The notes beneath the pieces were generated by a model that searched no databases, was not told the DNA's origin, and saw only the letters and a list, made by a program, of their open reading frames with translations. DNA of 64,000 nucleotides from a virus: positions 8,808 to 72,807 of IMG/VR virus record IMGVR_UViG_3300009506_000025; one strand, written 5' to 3'. Made by a program: the position numbers and the translations under genes. Shown one piece after another: positions 10,115 to 19,718 of this stretch. The first letter of the stretch is position 1. Each line of letters starts with the position of its first letter.

Positions 10115-10573
10115 ATGAGACGTTGGACAAAAGTGCTATTTAGTGGTCTCCATGTTACGGTGCTGATAGCCCTTCTCGCCGTAGCTATTTACGGAGCCTT
10201 CTGTACGCTTAACTATTTTGCCTCGGCTGGTGTGCCGCCCATCGGCGGCCAATCGATGCAGGTGATCGATGGAATCCTAACCCCCGTGGGATACCACCAG
10301 TACACCTCGCTGGCAACGTCCAAGGATCTCAGTGATGGCGGGACGTTTACAATCCCCGCAAATGCCCAGATTGCCTGGATTCAGGCCGAGACCAAGGACG
10401 TCCGCTGGAGGGACGCCGACTATGCCGACGGCGACACGACCAACCCTACCGCTACGGTGGGCATGGTCCTTGCCGCCGGGAACTCGATCTGGTATCACGG
10501 AAACCTCAAGGCAATCGAGTTCATCGAGACTTCCGCCAGCGCCAAGCTGAACGTCTCGTTCTATGCAAAATAG
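10115..10573 (+). CDS. Putative structural protein with an N-terminal hydrophobic segment
   Basis: AAGGAG RBS; TM-like VTVLIALLAVAIYGAF; IQAETKDVRWRD..PTATVGMVL beta-sandwich pattern. Confidence 0.55.
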   Translation: MRRWTKVLFSGLHVTVLIALLAVAIYGAFCTLNYFASAGVPPIGGQSMQVIDGILTPVGYHQYTSLATSKDLSDGGTFTIPANAQIAWIQAETKDVRWRDADYADGDTTNPTATVGMVLAAGNSIWYHGNLKAIEFIETSASAKLNVSFYAK

Positions 10574-10605
10574 GAACGGACACCCTCGGCTGAGGCTCGG
10601 ATGCC

Positions 10606-11448
10606 ATGCTAAGCCACTCGATCATCATCCCGCACCGGGACTACTCCAAGTACCTAGAGATGTGCCTCTGGTCGATCCGGTGCTCCGCGCACTGCTGCGA
10701 CGTCGATGACTACGAGGTCCTGGTAGTAGACCAGGGCTCGAAGCTGCCCCCGACCCTCTACGATCCGCACGATCGCTTGATCAAGCAGCCCCGCGCGCCA
10801 GCCTATAGGTACATCCGCTACTTCAACAAGCCGATGGCACTGAACGAGGGGATCAGGCAGGCCAAGGGCGAGATCCTGACCTTCCTCGACGCGGACGCGA
10901 TCGTTGGCGAACTCTGGATGGATTGCGTGAGCTGGTTGAAGGGAGAGAATGACCGTAACGCCATGACAAAACTTTGCTACCGCGTCCGCTATCTCCCCGA
11001 GACCGCATTGATTCGGATGGCGGCCCTGGAGCCGGACGCTAGGGAGAAGATGGTCTACGGTGAACGGGGCTTCTTTGACTGCTACCGAGACTTCCAGCGG
11101 GCGGTGGAGTGCTACGGGGAGCCCGACAAGGACCCGCACAACAATCCTCCAGGCAGGAAGTGGGACGGGGATGAGCCACCGGAGCATCCGATCTTCGGGA
11201 ACTCGCAGTTTTCGATCCATCGCGACCAGCTCGGGAAGATCCGGTTCGACGAGAAGTACGTCGGCCGCGGGTTCGAGGACATCGCCATGAACCGGGAGAT
11301 CTGGAGACGGAAGGGGGACAACTACCGAGCGGGGATCGTGCTCGATTCAAGGCACGCGATGTTCCACGTCCGCAACCCCAGCCAGGGGGAGAAGTGGGGG
11401 GCAGGCAAGCAGAACACCGCCAATCTCAGGAGGTACAACAAGACATGA
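10606..11448 (+). CDS. GT2 glycosyltransferase with a GT7-C-like motif
   Basis: SIIIPHRD, VVDQGS, FNKPMALNEG, FLDAD, FDEKYVGRGFED. Confidence 0.85.
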   Translation: MLSHSIIIPHRDYSKYLEMCLWSIRCSAHCCDVDDYEVLVVDQGSKLPPTLYDPHDRLIKQPRAPAYRYIRYFNKPMALNEGIRQAKGEILTFLDADAIVGELWMDCVSWLKGENDRNAMTKLCYRVRYLPETALIRMAALEPDAREKMVYGERGFFDCYRDFQRAVECYGEPDKDPHNNPPGRKWDGDEPPEHPIFGNSQFSIHRDQLGKIRFDEKYVGRGFEDIAMNREIWRRKGDNYRAGIVLDSRHAMFHVRNPSQGEKWGAGKQNTANLRRYNKT

Positions 11449-12446
11449 GAGTCCTGGTTGCGGGGGCTGGAGGGTTCATCGGGGGGCACTTGGCCAGGGC
11501 GCTGGTCAAGGCTGGGCATGAAGTCCACGCCGTCGACATCAAGCCCTACGAGGAATGGTGGCAAGGGGCGGGGGCCGGAGGTCCCGCTTCCCTGTTCTTC
11601 TCGACTAACATTGCCTGCGAGAGAGAGGCAACATACCACTGCACAGGGATGGATTGGGTCTTCAATCTGGCCTGCGATATGGGGGGGATCGAGTTTATCG
11701 AGGGAAACAAGGCCCGCTGCATGGACTCGGTTCTGATCAACGCCAACCTGCTACGGGCTGCCAGGAAGAACAGGGTTAAGCGATACCTCTACACCTCCTC
11801 GGCCTGCGTCTACCGGGCGGATCGGCAGGACGGCCCGGATCAGCCGCCGCTGAAGGAGGAGGATGCTTACCCGGCGATGCCCGAGGATGGCTATGGCTGG
11901 GAGAAACTCTTTTCGGAGCGACACTGCCGGCACTACATGGAGGACTACGGCCTGGACTGCCGCGTGGTCCGGCTGCACAACGTATACGGCCCCCACGGGT
12001 CCTGGTGCGATGGACGCGAGAAGGCCCCGGCGGCGATTTGCCGCAAGGTGGCCGAGGCGAGGCTCCAGGGAGACGGGGAATTTATGATCTACGGGGATGG
12101 GACCCGGACCAGGACCTTCATGTGGATCGAAGACTGTGTCGAGGGGCTCCAGAGGATCATGGAGTCGGAGATCCGCCAACCGATCAACCTGGGTATCCAG
12201 GACGAGGTGGTCACGATCAACCGCCTGGTGGAACTCGTCCAAGAGGTGGCAGGAACGGACCTGGAGGTGAACCACGACCTCTCCCGGGCCCAGGGCGTCT
12301 ACGGCCGATCTAGCGACAATACCATGATTCGCAGAGAGCTAGACTGGGAGCCGAGGACCCCGTTGCTGAGCGGCCTCGCCCGTACCTATCCCTGGATCGA
12401 GGACCAAGTGAGGAAGCGAGAATGCTTGAGTACCCCCACTCGCTGA
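11445..12446 (+). CDS. NAD-dependent epimerase, GDP-mannose 3',5'-epimerase-like
   Basis: GAGGFIG, NLACDMGG, SSACVY, PEDGYGWEKL (YxxxK), REKAPAAICRKV, TRTFMWIEDC. Confidence 0.9.
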   Translation: MRVLVAGAGGFIGGHLARALVKAGHEVHAVDIKPYEEWWQGAGAGGPASLFFSTNIACEREATYHCTGMDWVFNLACDMGGIEFIEGNKARCMDSVLINANLLRAARKNRVKRYLYTSSACVYRADRQDGPDQPPLKEEDAYPAMPEDGYGWEKLFSERHCRHYMEDYGLDCRVVRLHNVYGPHGSWCDGREKAPAAICRKVAEARLQGDGEFMIYGDGTRTRTFMWIEDCVEGLQRIMESEIRQPINLGIQDEVVTINRLVELVQEVAGTDLEVNHDLSRAQGVYGRSSDNTMIRRELDWEPRTPLLSGLARTYPWIEDQVRKRECLSTPTR

Positions 12447-13069
12447 CAGCGGAGGAGATCCGGGACCTCGTGGGCGTGGCCCCCCTGATGCTGGAGATCG
12501 GCTGCCACGACGGCTCGGACACGGCGAAGTTTCTCAGGGCGATGCCCGAGGCGATCATCCACTGCTTCGAGCCCTACGAGAACCCGAGGCGGAGATTCCG
12601 TGAGAGCGTCGGGACCTCCAAGCGGGTCCGTCTCTATCCGGTGGCGGTCTGTGACATCGATGGTCAAGTTGAGTTCTACGCCTCGACCGGCGCCGCCGGT
12701 GGCCGGGAGGACTGGGACTACTCCGGGAGCATCAACCGGCCGACGGGCCACCTCAAGCGGTCCCCGGAGATCGCCTTCAAGCCCCCGATCACGGTCGAAG
12801 GGATGCGACTGGACACCTGGTTCGAGGAGCACTCGCTGCCGAAGATCGACTTCATCTGGGCCGATGTCCAGGGTGCCCAACGGAAGGTGATCGAGGGTGG
12901 ACAGCGAGCCCTACTGGCGACCCGGTATCTCTATATCGAGAGGCACCGATGGCCGTTGTACCAGGACGAGCCCACCCCGGACGAGCTGCTCAGACTCCTA
13001 CCGGGATTCAACCCCCTGGCGGAGTACGCCCGAGAGAACGTACTCCTGGAAAACAGGTACGCCAAGTGA
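12422..13069 (+). CDS. FkbM-family O-methyltransferase (NoeI-like)
   Basis: LEIGCHDGSDT, CFEP, WDYSGSI, RLDTW, IDFIWADVQGA. Confidence 0.85.
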   Translation: MLEYPHSLTAEEIRDLVGVAPLMLEIGCHDGSDTAKFLRAMPEAIIHCFEPYENPRRRFRESVGTSKRVRLYPVAVCDIDGQVEFYASTGAAGGREDWDYSGSINRPTGHLKRSPEIAFKPPITVEGMRLDTWFEEHSLPKIDFIWADVQGAQRKVIEGGQRALLATRYLYIERHRWPLYQDEPTPDELLRLLPGFNPLAEYARENVLLENRYAK

Positions 13070-13965
13070 GCTGCGAGTTTCACAGAGCGGCGGATACGCT
13101 GCGGAAGATCAACAGCCTGGGCGTGGCCGGACGCGCGAAGGATGCCTCGGACAGCATCAAGGTGATCGACTCCCTGCTCTCGACCTACAACCAGGCGAAG
13201 TCAGCTAACCACCTGGCAAAGTTTCAACCGGCGATGGACGGGTTCCTAGCAGCCACACGCAAGTCGATGACGGAACTCGTCTACGCGGTGGAACAGATGG
13301 CCGAGATCGTCGGTCCCCAAAACTTCAACGCCTCGCCCCCGGCGTTGGAGTCGATGGCCGCCATGCGTAGCCGCAACTTCCCGGAGGCACCCCAGGTGGG
13401 CGCCCTGCACGGGGAGGATGCGATTATAAGGGATCTGCTTCCGGAGTCGGTCGGCCACTACGTCGACATCGGGGCCTGGCGCCCAGTAGAGCAGTCGAAC
13501 ACCTGGGCCCTCTACCAGCGGGGATGGAGGGGGCTGTTGATCGAACCGGTCCCCCAGGCTTGGGGCGCTATTTTGCATCAGCGACCAGGGGATTTTCTGG
13601 CGCCCTGGGCAGTGAGCGACACCGCAGGACCGACCCGCATGTGGGTCAACGGCCCCCTGAGCACGATCCGGCCGGACAAGGCCCTGGCGGAGTCGAGTGA
13701 GATCGTGGTGCAAGGGCTTCCCTTGAATCAGATCTTGAAATTCTTTCCCACCATCCGTGATCAGTGCCTGATGTGCAGCATCGACGTCGAAGGCGCTGAA
13801 GAGGCGATCCTGAAATCTACCGACTGGAAGAAGTTCTCGCCCAGGATTCTAGTGGTGGAGTTCATCCACGGAAACCAAGACTCCATCAAGGCGATCCTGA
13901 CCGCAGCGGGTTACCGGAAGCAGGCCGACACCCGCAACAACCTGATCTTCAGCCGGAAGGAATAG
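13066..13965 (+). CDS. FkbM-family methyltransferase with an N-terminal helical extension
   Basis: YVDIGAWRPVEQSNT, GWRGLLIEP, SIDVEGAE. Confidence 0.85.
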   Translation: MSCEFHRAADTLRKINSLGVAGRAKDASDSIKVIDSLLSTYNQAKSANHLAKFQPAMDGFLAATRKSMTELVYAVEQMAEIVGPQNFNASPPALESMAAMRSRNFPEAPQVGALHGEDAIIRDLLPESVGHYVDIGAWRPVEQSNTWALYQRGWRGLLIEPVPQAWGAILHQRPGDFLAPWAVSDTAGPTRMWVNGPLSTIRPDKALAESSEIVVQGLPLNQILKFFPTIRDQCLMCSIDVEGAEEAILKSTDWKKFSPRILVVEFIHGNQDSIKAILTAAGYRKQADTRNNLIFSRKE

Positions 13966-13968
13966 CTG

Positions 13969-14727
13969 GTGAGTACGATCCGCTGGCGAGAGATCGAATG
14001 GTGGTACGTCAACCTCTCCACCCGCCCCGACCGCCGGGAGCACGCCGAGGAGCAATTCGCCCGCCATGGCCTCCAGGCCCGGCGCTTCGAGGCGTACACA
14101 CCGGACCAGTGGAATGGGCCCGGCGCGGACGTCGCCATGATGCGTCCGACTCCCGGGGCGATCGGTTGCTTTATGTCCCAACGCGAGGTCACACGAACTG
14201 TGGAGGGGACAGATAGGGTGGTGGCCGTCTGCGAGGACGACGTGCTGTTCTGCGACGATCTCTGCGATCGCCTCCAGTACATCGAGGAGAACTTCCATAA
14301 ACCCTGGGACGTCTTCTGGCTGGGATCGACCTACCACGTCAACCCGCCAGTCTGGCACACCAAGGATCTGGGAAGGGATTTCTGCCAGACAGACGTGAAA
14401 CATATCCACCGGGCCTACGGGCTCTGGGGGACCTACGCCTACCTGGTCAACGGCCGTAGTGTCTCCAGGATCATGGAACTCTTCCAGCGGGACCTGCCAA
14501 AGGCCCGGGGGATCGACGATCTCTACATCATGCTGGAGCCGGAGATCAACAGCTACTGCTTCACCCCCGGGATGGCGTTTCAGATCGACGGGAAGACGAA
14601 CATCGGCGTAGGGGGAGACGGGATGACCATCTTCTCGAACTTCCACAAGCTGGGGCCCTATGTCTTCACGAAGCGGCTGGAGGATTTCGACTACGACTCG
14701 TTCAATTGGGCGGAGGGGAAGCGATGA
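13969..14727 (+). CDS. GT25-family glycosyltransferase
   Basis: YVNLSTRPDRREH, GAIGCFMSQ, VCEDDV, GTYAYLVN. Confidence 0.85.
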   Translation: MSTIRWREIEWWYVNLSTRPDRREHAEEQFARHGLQARRFEAYTPDQWNGPGADVAMMRPTPGAIGCFMSQREVTRTVEGTDRVVAVCEDDVLFCDDLCDRLQYIEENFHKPWDVFWLGSTYHVNPPVWHTKDLGRDFCQTDVKHIHRAYGLWGTYAYLVNGRSVSRIMELFQRDLPKARGIDDLYIMLEPEINSYCFTPGMAFQIDGKTNIGVGGDGMTIFSNFHKLGPYVFTKRLEDFDYDSFNWAEGKR

Positions 14728-15485
14728 GCGAACTCACCGAGAAGGAATTTCACGATCAGGTCGAGGACACCTACCGGAGGATGTACCTTGAGCCCGATGC
14801 GCCCGCCCCATCGATGACGGCCGCGGAGTACCGCGGGCTCTACGGCGAGGTGGTGACCAACGACTGCTACGGACTGGGGGCGATAGAGTTTCAGCCCGAG
14901 GTGATCTTCGATCTAGGGGCGAACGTGGGGGTGTTTACCAACTTTGCACGCCGGCTTTTTCCCGAGGCAACGATCATAGCCGTCGAGCCCGACGAGCAGA
15001 ACATGCAGAACATGAGCTACCTGGCAACGGATCACAGCCAGACGGTGTTCATGGAGTACGCAATCGGACTTGGTCTGGTCTATTCTGCCGGAAGCCTAGC
15101 GAACGGAGCCCACCGTTCCTATATCTGCGATGGATCAGAGTACCTCCGACCATTTACCCAGGAGGGCGGGCGGTACAAGCTCTCCGATGTTCCTGCAATC
15201 ACCCTCTCCGCACTGATGGACCTTTTTCCGATCCAGCCGCGTTTCATCAAGGTGGATATTGAAGGAGGGGAGGCGGCGATTTTCGAGCACGAGAAATCGA
15301 TGCTGGCGCTCGCCGAAACGGAGGCATTTGCAATAGAGCTACACGATCGGTGGTGGGCGACCAGACTACAATCGCTGCTATCTGAGACCCACTCTGCCGA
15401 GTGGGAGCCTCGGACCTGCGTGCTGAAGGCAAGGAAGAGATCGCCGGCGACACCCCCATCGCGAGGAAGACCAACTCAGGAGTAA
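14724..15485 (+). CDS. FkbM-family methyltransferase
   Basis: FDLGANVG, IAVEP, IKVDIEGGE. Confidence 0.85.
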   Translation: MSELTEKEFHDQVEDTYRRMYLEPDAPAPSMTAAEYRGLYGEVVTNDCYGLGAIEFQPEVIFDLGANVGVFTNFARRLFPEATIIAVEPDEQNMQNMSYLATDHSQTVFMEYAIGLGLVYSAGSLANGAHRSYICDGSEYLRPFTQEGGRYKLSDVPAITLSALMDLFPIQPRFIKVDIEGGEAAIFEHEKSMLALAETEAFAIELHDRWWATRLQSLLSETHSAEWEPRTCVLKARKRSPATPPSRGRPTQE

Positions 15486-15488
15486 CCC

Positions 15489-16034
15489 GTGGAAAAGATC
15501 ACGAGCAGGGCACACTTCTACAAGCTCCTCGACAGACCGGAGTTGAAGCAGGCGGCGGCGGAGGTCGGGGTAGCTGAAGGCAGGTATTCCCGCGAGATCC
15601 TTTCGTGGGGAATAGGTAAGCTCTACCTTGTAGACCTGTGGGAGGAGATCGGGGGGATGAAGGGGTGCCCAAGCACCGGGCAACACCAGCAGAACTACGA
15701 CTCCTGCCTCCGTATCGTCGAACAATTTCCTGGTCGGGTGATCCTCCTGAAGGGATGGTCCTGGGAGCAGGCCAAGAATGTTCCCGACAATTCGCTGGGC
15801 CTGGTCCATCTCGACGCGCACCACTACTACGAGTCGGCGGTCAAAGACCTGGCGGCATGGTGGCCGAAGCTCCTGCCCGGGGGTGTGATGTCGGGCCATG
15901 ATTATCTGGCCCACGAGTACACGGTCAGACAGGCAGTGGACGAGTTTGCTACAGCAAGAAAGATCGAGGTCCTTGTTGATAGGCCAGACGATCCCCGCAA
16001 TGCCTCGTTCTATTTCAGAAAGCCCCCGGCATGA
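15489..16034 (+). CDS. Class I SAM methyltransferase (Methyltransf_24-like)
   Basis: AEVGVAEG, LVDLW, VHLDAHH, GGVMSGHDY. Confidence 0.85.
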   Translation: MEKITSRAHFYKLLDRPELKQAAAEVGVAEGRYSREILSWGIGKLYLVDLWEEIGGMKGCPSTGQHQQNYDSCLRIVEQFPGRVILLKGWSWEQAKNVPDNSLGLVHLDAHHYYESAVKDLAAWWPKLLPGGVMSGHDYLAHEYTVRQAVDEFATARKIEVLVDRPDDPRNASFYFRKPPA

Positions 16035-16807
16035 ACATCAAGGTCCTCACGGGCTACCAGGGCGATTGCCTCTATCGCGAGCTGACGCTGGCGAACCTTG
16101 GAGAATACTGCGCCAGGTGGGGCCACACGTTCGTATCTCGATTCGGCGACTGGATGGACGAGCGTGGCGAGATGGAGGAAACGGCCCGGAGGTTTTTGGA
16201 GAGATCCGGAGGAAGGATCTCGGAAGAGGAATACGCCATCCGTCCAGAGCACGCGACCCGCAAGATGACCCTTACCTGGGCCAAGCATCTACTGATCCGG
16301 GAGGAACTAGGCGGCTGCGACTGGCTCCTGTGGCTGGACGCCGACTGCAAGATTATGGATATGCGGGTGTCCCTGGATTCGCTGATAGACAGCGACCACG
16401 ATCTTGTCCTTTCTGGAATGTTTCCCGAGTGCTGGGCGGCCAATACCAAGGCAGTGATGTGCAAGGAAGCGCCAGAGGGGCACGGGGTCGTCTCGCTTGG
16501 GATCATGTTGATGAGGAACTGTACCTGGACTTGGGATCTTCTGGACGCCTGGTGGGCGTCGCGCAACAAGGACTGGGCGAGAGAGAAACCCTACGAGTGC
16601 ATGTACCATGGAGACAATCAGTGGTTCTCGTGCCATTTCATGCTCAAGGCCCCCGGCCGGGATCGAGTAAAGGTCGTGCCCAAGGAGACGATGGGTTGGT
16701 GCCACCACAAGCCAGACCTCCAGCAGTTCATAATCCACCTCTACGGGAGCATCGAGGTGAATCGGCTGGCCATGCTCCGGGACTTGGAACGCTTTGTGAA
16801 ACGATAG
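16031..16807 (+). CDS. GT34 (GMA12/MNN10-like) glycosyltransferase
   Basis: NLGEYCARWGH, WAKHLLI, DWLLWLDAD, GIMLMRN, FIIHLYG. Confidence 0.75.
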   Translation: MNIKVLTGYQGDCLYRELTLANLGEYCARWGHTFVSRFGDWMDERGEMEETARRFLERSGGRISEEEYAIRPEHATRKMTLTWAKHLLIREELGGCDWLLWLDADCKIMDMRVSLDSLIDSDHDLVLSGMFPECWAANTKAVMCKEAPEGHGVVSLGIMLMRNCTWTWDLLDAWWASRNKDWAREKPYECMYHGDNQWFSCHFMLKAPGRDRVKVVPKETMGWCHHKPDLQQFIIHLYGSIEVNRLAMLRDLERFVKR

Positions 16808-16817
16808 GTGGATCATA

Positions 16818-17480
16818 GTGGACGTCAGATTCACGAACATCACGCCCGTAGAGCCGCTGGTCCGAAACCCCGATAGCATCTCGGATGGGGAGAAGACAGT
16901 TATCGTCGTGGGTCTCGGCCGGGGAGGGACATCCGTCGTTGCGGCGGTGCTGGATGCCTTGGGGGTCTACATGGGACCGCGGGAGGAGCTGAGTACACAA
17001 GGGGCATTTGAGTCCGCCGTGTTCATCCATGGAACCCGCCAGGATCGCGAGGCGGAGATCGCCAGACTCAATGAATTGCATTCCATCTGGGGCTGGAAAT
17101 GGCCCTATGGCGCTGATTTGCTTAGCGATATGTATGCCGGAGTGAGGAACCTCCATCCGATCTTTGTCTTCCGGGATGTCGTCGCCCTAATGCAGTCCTA
17201 CGCGGTCCACGCCAACGAGTCGGTGGACGAAGTTGCCGAGAACCTTTGGGGGAGGTACTGCAATCTTTACGAGGCGGCGATGGGGACGGAACTCCCGGCA
17301 CTACTGGTCAGTTTCGAGCGGGTGAAGATGCGCCCGGTGGATTTCGTCCACAGCGTAGCAGACTTCCTGCGTCTTGAGATCACTAGTTCCCAAGTTTCGG
17401 AGGCAGCGTCCCGGGTCAGTTTCCGTGGAGGATACCTGATCATGCCGGACGAGTACACGGATCGGAGGAAGGCCAAATGA
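16818..17480 (+). CDS. Sulfotransferase-family protein
   Basis: IVVGLGRGGTS (PAPS loop), WGWKWP, FVFRD, LVSFE. Confidence 0.75.
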   Translation: MDVRFTNITPVEPLVRNPDSISDGEKTVIVVGLGRGGTSVVAAVLDALGVYMGPREELSTQGAFESAVFIHGTRQDREAEIARLNELHSIWGWKWPYGADLLSDMYAGVRNLHPIFVFRDVVALMQSYAVHANESVDEVAENLWGRYCNLYEAAMGTELPALLVSFERVKMRPVDFVHSVADFLRLEITSSQVSEAASRVSFRGGYLIMPDEYTDRRKAK

Positions 17481-18265
17481 GCTTTAGCTTTGCAGTGACG
17501 GCCTACAATGAACTGTCCGAGGAGGGACGGCACGGCGACTTCATCCTCCGCTGCATCCGTCCCGCCCAGGAGCACCCCGCGATCGATGAGATCGTGGTGG
17601 TGGACGACAGCCCGTCAGACGAGGGCCTCGGCGCGTTCCTCGATGGTCAGGCGAAGGTTCAGTTCTTCCGCAACCCCCAGAACCTCGGGGTCTTCGGCAA
17701 CAAGCTCGAAGCGGTGGCCCGCTGCCGGGGGGACTGGGTGATCAACTGTGACTCTGACAACTTCATGGACCGGGCCTATCTGGACAGCGTCATAGCCCAC
17801 GCGCAGCTCGGTGACACCTGGATCTCGGCCAGCTTCGCCAGGCCAGAGTTCGATTATCGGGGTCTCACGGGACTCTGGTCACGCGAGAACCTCCGAGAAT
17901 TGCTCAGCCGTCCCCGGGCGGGATGCCTCCTGAACACCGGCAACCAGACAGTCTACCGTCCGGCCTTCATGGAACTCTTCGAGCGGGTGCGTGGTCTCCG
18001 GCCCGACCTGCTGATGCCCAACTGGCTCAATATCCCCGATGACCAGCGGCCAGCCCACCACTGGAGATTGGTCTTCGACGCCCTGGATTCCACAATCTAC
18101 AACATGATCTGGCTGCGGGCCGGTAATCGAATCCGGGTGGTCGAGGGGTTGGAGTACGATCACCACTACTCCTCCGGCGCCGACTCCAACTACTCCCGCG
18201 CCCCCCGGGACAAGGACCGGCTCTCGGACGTCCTGCTACGCGAACTAGAACAGCTTGCAAGATGA
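17477..18265 (+). CDS. GT2 glycosyltransferase
   Basis: FAVTAYN, IVVVDDS, NPQNLGVFGNK, CDSDN. Confidence 0.8.
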   Translation: MSFSFAVTAYNELSEEGRHGDFILRCIRPAQEHPAIDEIVVVDDSPSDEGLGAFLDGQAKVQFFRNPQNLGVFGNKLEAVARCRGDWVINCDSDNFMDRAYLDSVIAHAQLGDTWISASFARPEFDYRGLTGLWSRENLRELLSRPRAGCLLNTGNQTVYRPAFMELFERVRGLRPDLLMPNWLNIPDDQRPAHHWRLVFDALDSTIYNMIWLRAGNRIRVVEGLEYDHHYSSGADSNYSRAPRDKDRLSDVLLRELEQLAR

Positions 18266-19194
18266 ACACGATCACGATGCGGGAATTTGGCAAGTGGGGG
18301 CGCTGGGGAAACCAGCTCTTTCAGTACGCCTTTCTGAAGATCTATGCGAGTAAGTGGGGATGTGAACTCCAGCTGCCTCCCTGGGTAGGCAACGTGCTAC
18401 TGGCAGCGAACGATCCACCGATCACCGTGGCGCTACCGCAGACGAGAGAGACCACCGACAAGCTGGAACAGGGGCAGCCACCCAACGGTGCCGAGCTGGT
18501 CGGCAGGGACTACCAGGGCTACGCCCAGTTCCACACGGGGTACTATCGGCCACACGAGGAGCGAATCCGAAACGACCTTTGGCTCCCCTCGCCCCAGCTC
18601 AGGGGCAGGATGCGTCCGGCCATGGAGAAGCTCTGGGGCATGGGCAAGTCCAGGATCGGAATCCATCTCCGCCGCGGCGACTTCGGACGGCTCTGCTTCT
18701 ACGTCACCCCGGTCGACTGGTATCTCCGGTGGTTAGACGAGCATTGGAAGCGGTTTGAGGAGCCCGTGCTTTTCATCGCCACGGAGACTCCAGATCTCGT
18801 AAGGGAGTTCTCCGACTATCACCCCGTCACAACGACCGACCTCGGGATAGATCTCACTGGAGGACCGATGGAACACTACCAGTACCTCCGCCCCGACCTG
18901 CGGATGCGCGAGCCATGGCAGATGGATTTCTTCCCAGACTGGTGTATGCTGGCGTCCTGCGATGTGGTCCTGGCGCCGAATAGCACGTTCTCGTTCACCG
19001 CAGCGATGGCCGGCGACCCTCCGGAATTCTGGAGATCCTCGCTGCCTGCGGGCGCCTTCGTACAGGAAGACGTCTGGGACACCTTCCCCTTTCAGCACGT
19101 TAGGGCCGAGGACTATTGCCATATCCCCGGGGTCTGTCTGGACGAGACGGAATACTGGGTGCGGCTGCCCGATGGGAGGTTCAGGGAGAAATGA
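18262..19194 (+). CDS. GT11 alpha-1,2-fucosyltransferase-like protein
   Basis: GRWGNQLFQYA, GYAQ, GIHLRRGD, NSTFSF. Confidence 0.88.
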   Translation: MNTITMREFGKWGRWGNQLFQYAFLKIYASKWGCELQLPPWVGNVLLAANDPPITVALPQTRETTDKLEQGQPPNGAELVGRDYQGYAQFHTGYYRPHEERIRNDLWLPSPQLRGRMRPAMEKLWGMGKSRIGIHLRRGDFGRLCFYVTPVDWYLRWLDEHWKRFEEPVLFIATETPDLVREFSDYHPVTTTDLGIDLTGGPMEHYQYLRPDLRMREPWQMDFFPDWCMLASCDVVLAPNSTFSFTAAMAGDPPEFWRSSLPAGAFVQEDVWDTFPFQHVRAEDYCHIPGVCLDETEYWVRLPDGRFREK

Positions 19195-19718
19195 GAGATC
19201 TCGACGAAACCACGCTCAGCAGAATCGTCAGCGAAATGCTCTGCAATCGCTGGCGGAACATTCCCGAGCTAAAGGAGATGCTGGAGTGCTCCGTGGATGG
19301 CTATGGTCCTGGACGTACTAGCGATCGGGTGTCCCGCCAGATGGAGTTCACAATTAGGATTCCAAAAGCGGAATATATGTGCGAGAAGTCGTGGAAGAGG
19401 CCGGTAGAGAAAATCCCCTGGGACCCCGAGGGCCTAATGAACCCGGAGGCATGGAGTCGTCACTTGCACGATGCGATCGACGAGATCACCGAGGTCTTTC
19501 AGGAATGGCTAACGTATGCCACCTGCGCCGCGCCCATGCTGGGACTGCCCCACCCCCAGCCGCGTCTCGCCTGGCCTGGACCGCTCACAGCAGAAGTATC
19601 GCGAGATTTTTGCTACGCGTCGCTCGTGGTAGCCCTTGAGCTGTGGGTGACTATCATTGACGGCTCGCAGGAGCTGATGGTGTTAGGAAATATCTCCCAC
19701 AGAGGAGTCGGAAGATGA
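19191..19718 (+). CDS. Hypothetical protein
   Basis: ORF coupled by ATGA overlaps on both sides. Confidence 0.55.
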   Translation: MRDLDETTLSRIVSEMLCNRWRNIPELKEMLECSVDGYGPGRTSDRVSRQMEFTIRIPKAEYMCEKSWKRPVEKIPWDPEGLMNPEAWSRHLHDAIDEITEVFQEWLTYATCAAPMLGLPHPQPRLAWPGPLTAEVSRDFCYASLVVALELWVTIIDGSQELMVLGNISHRGVGR

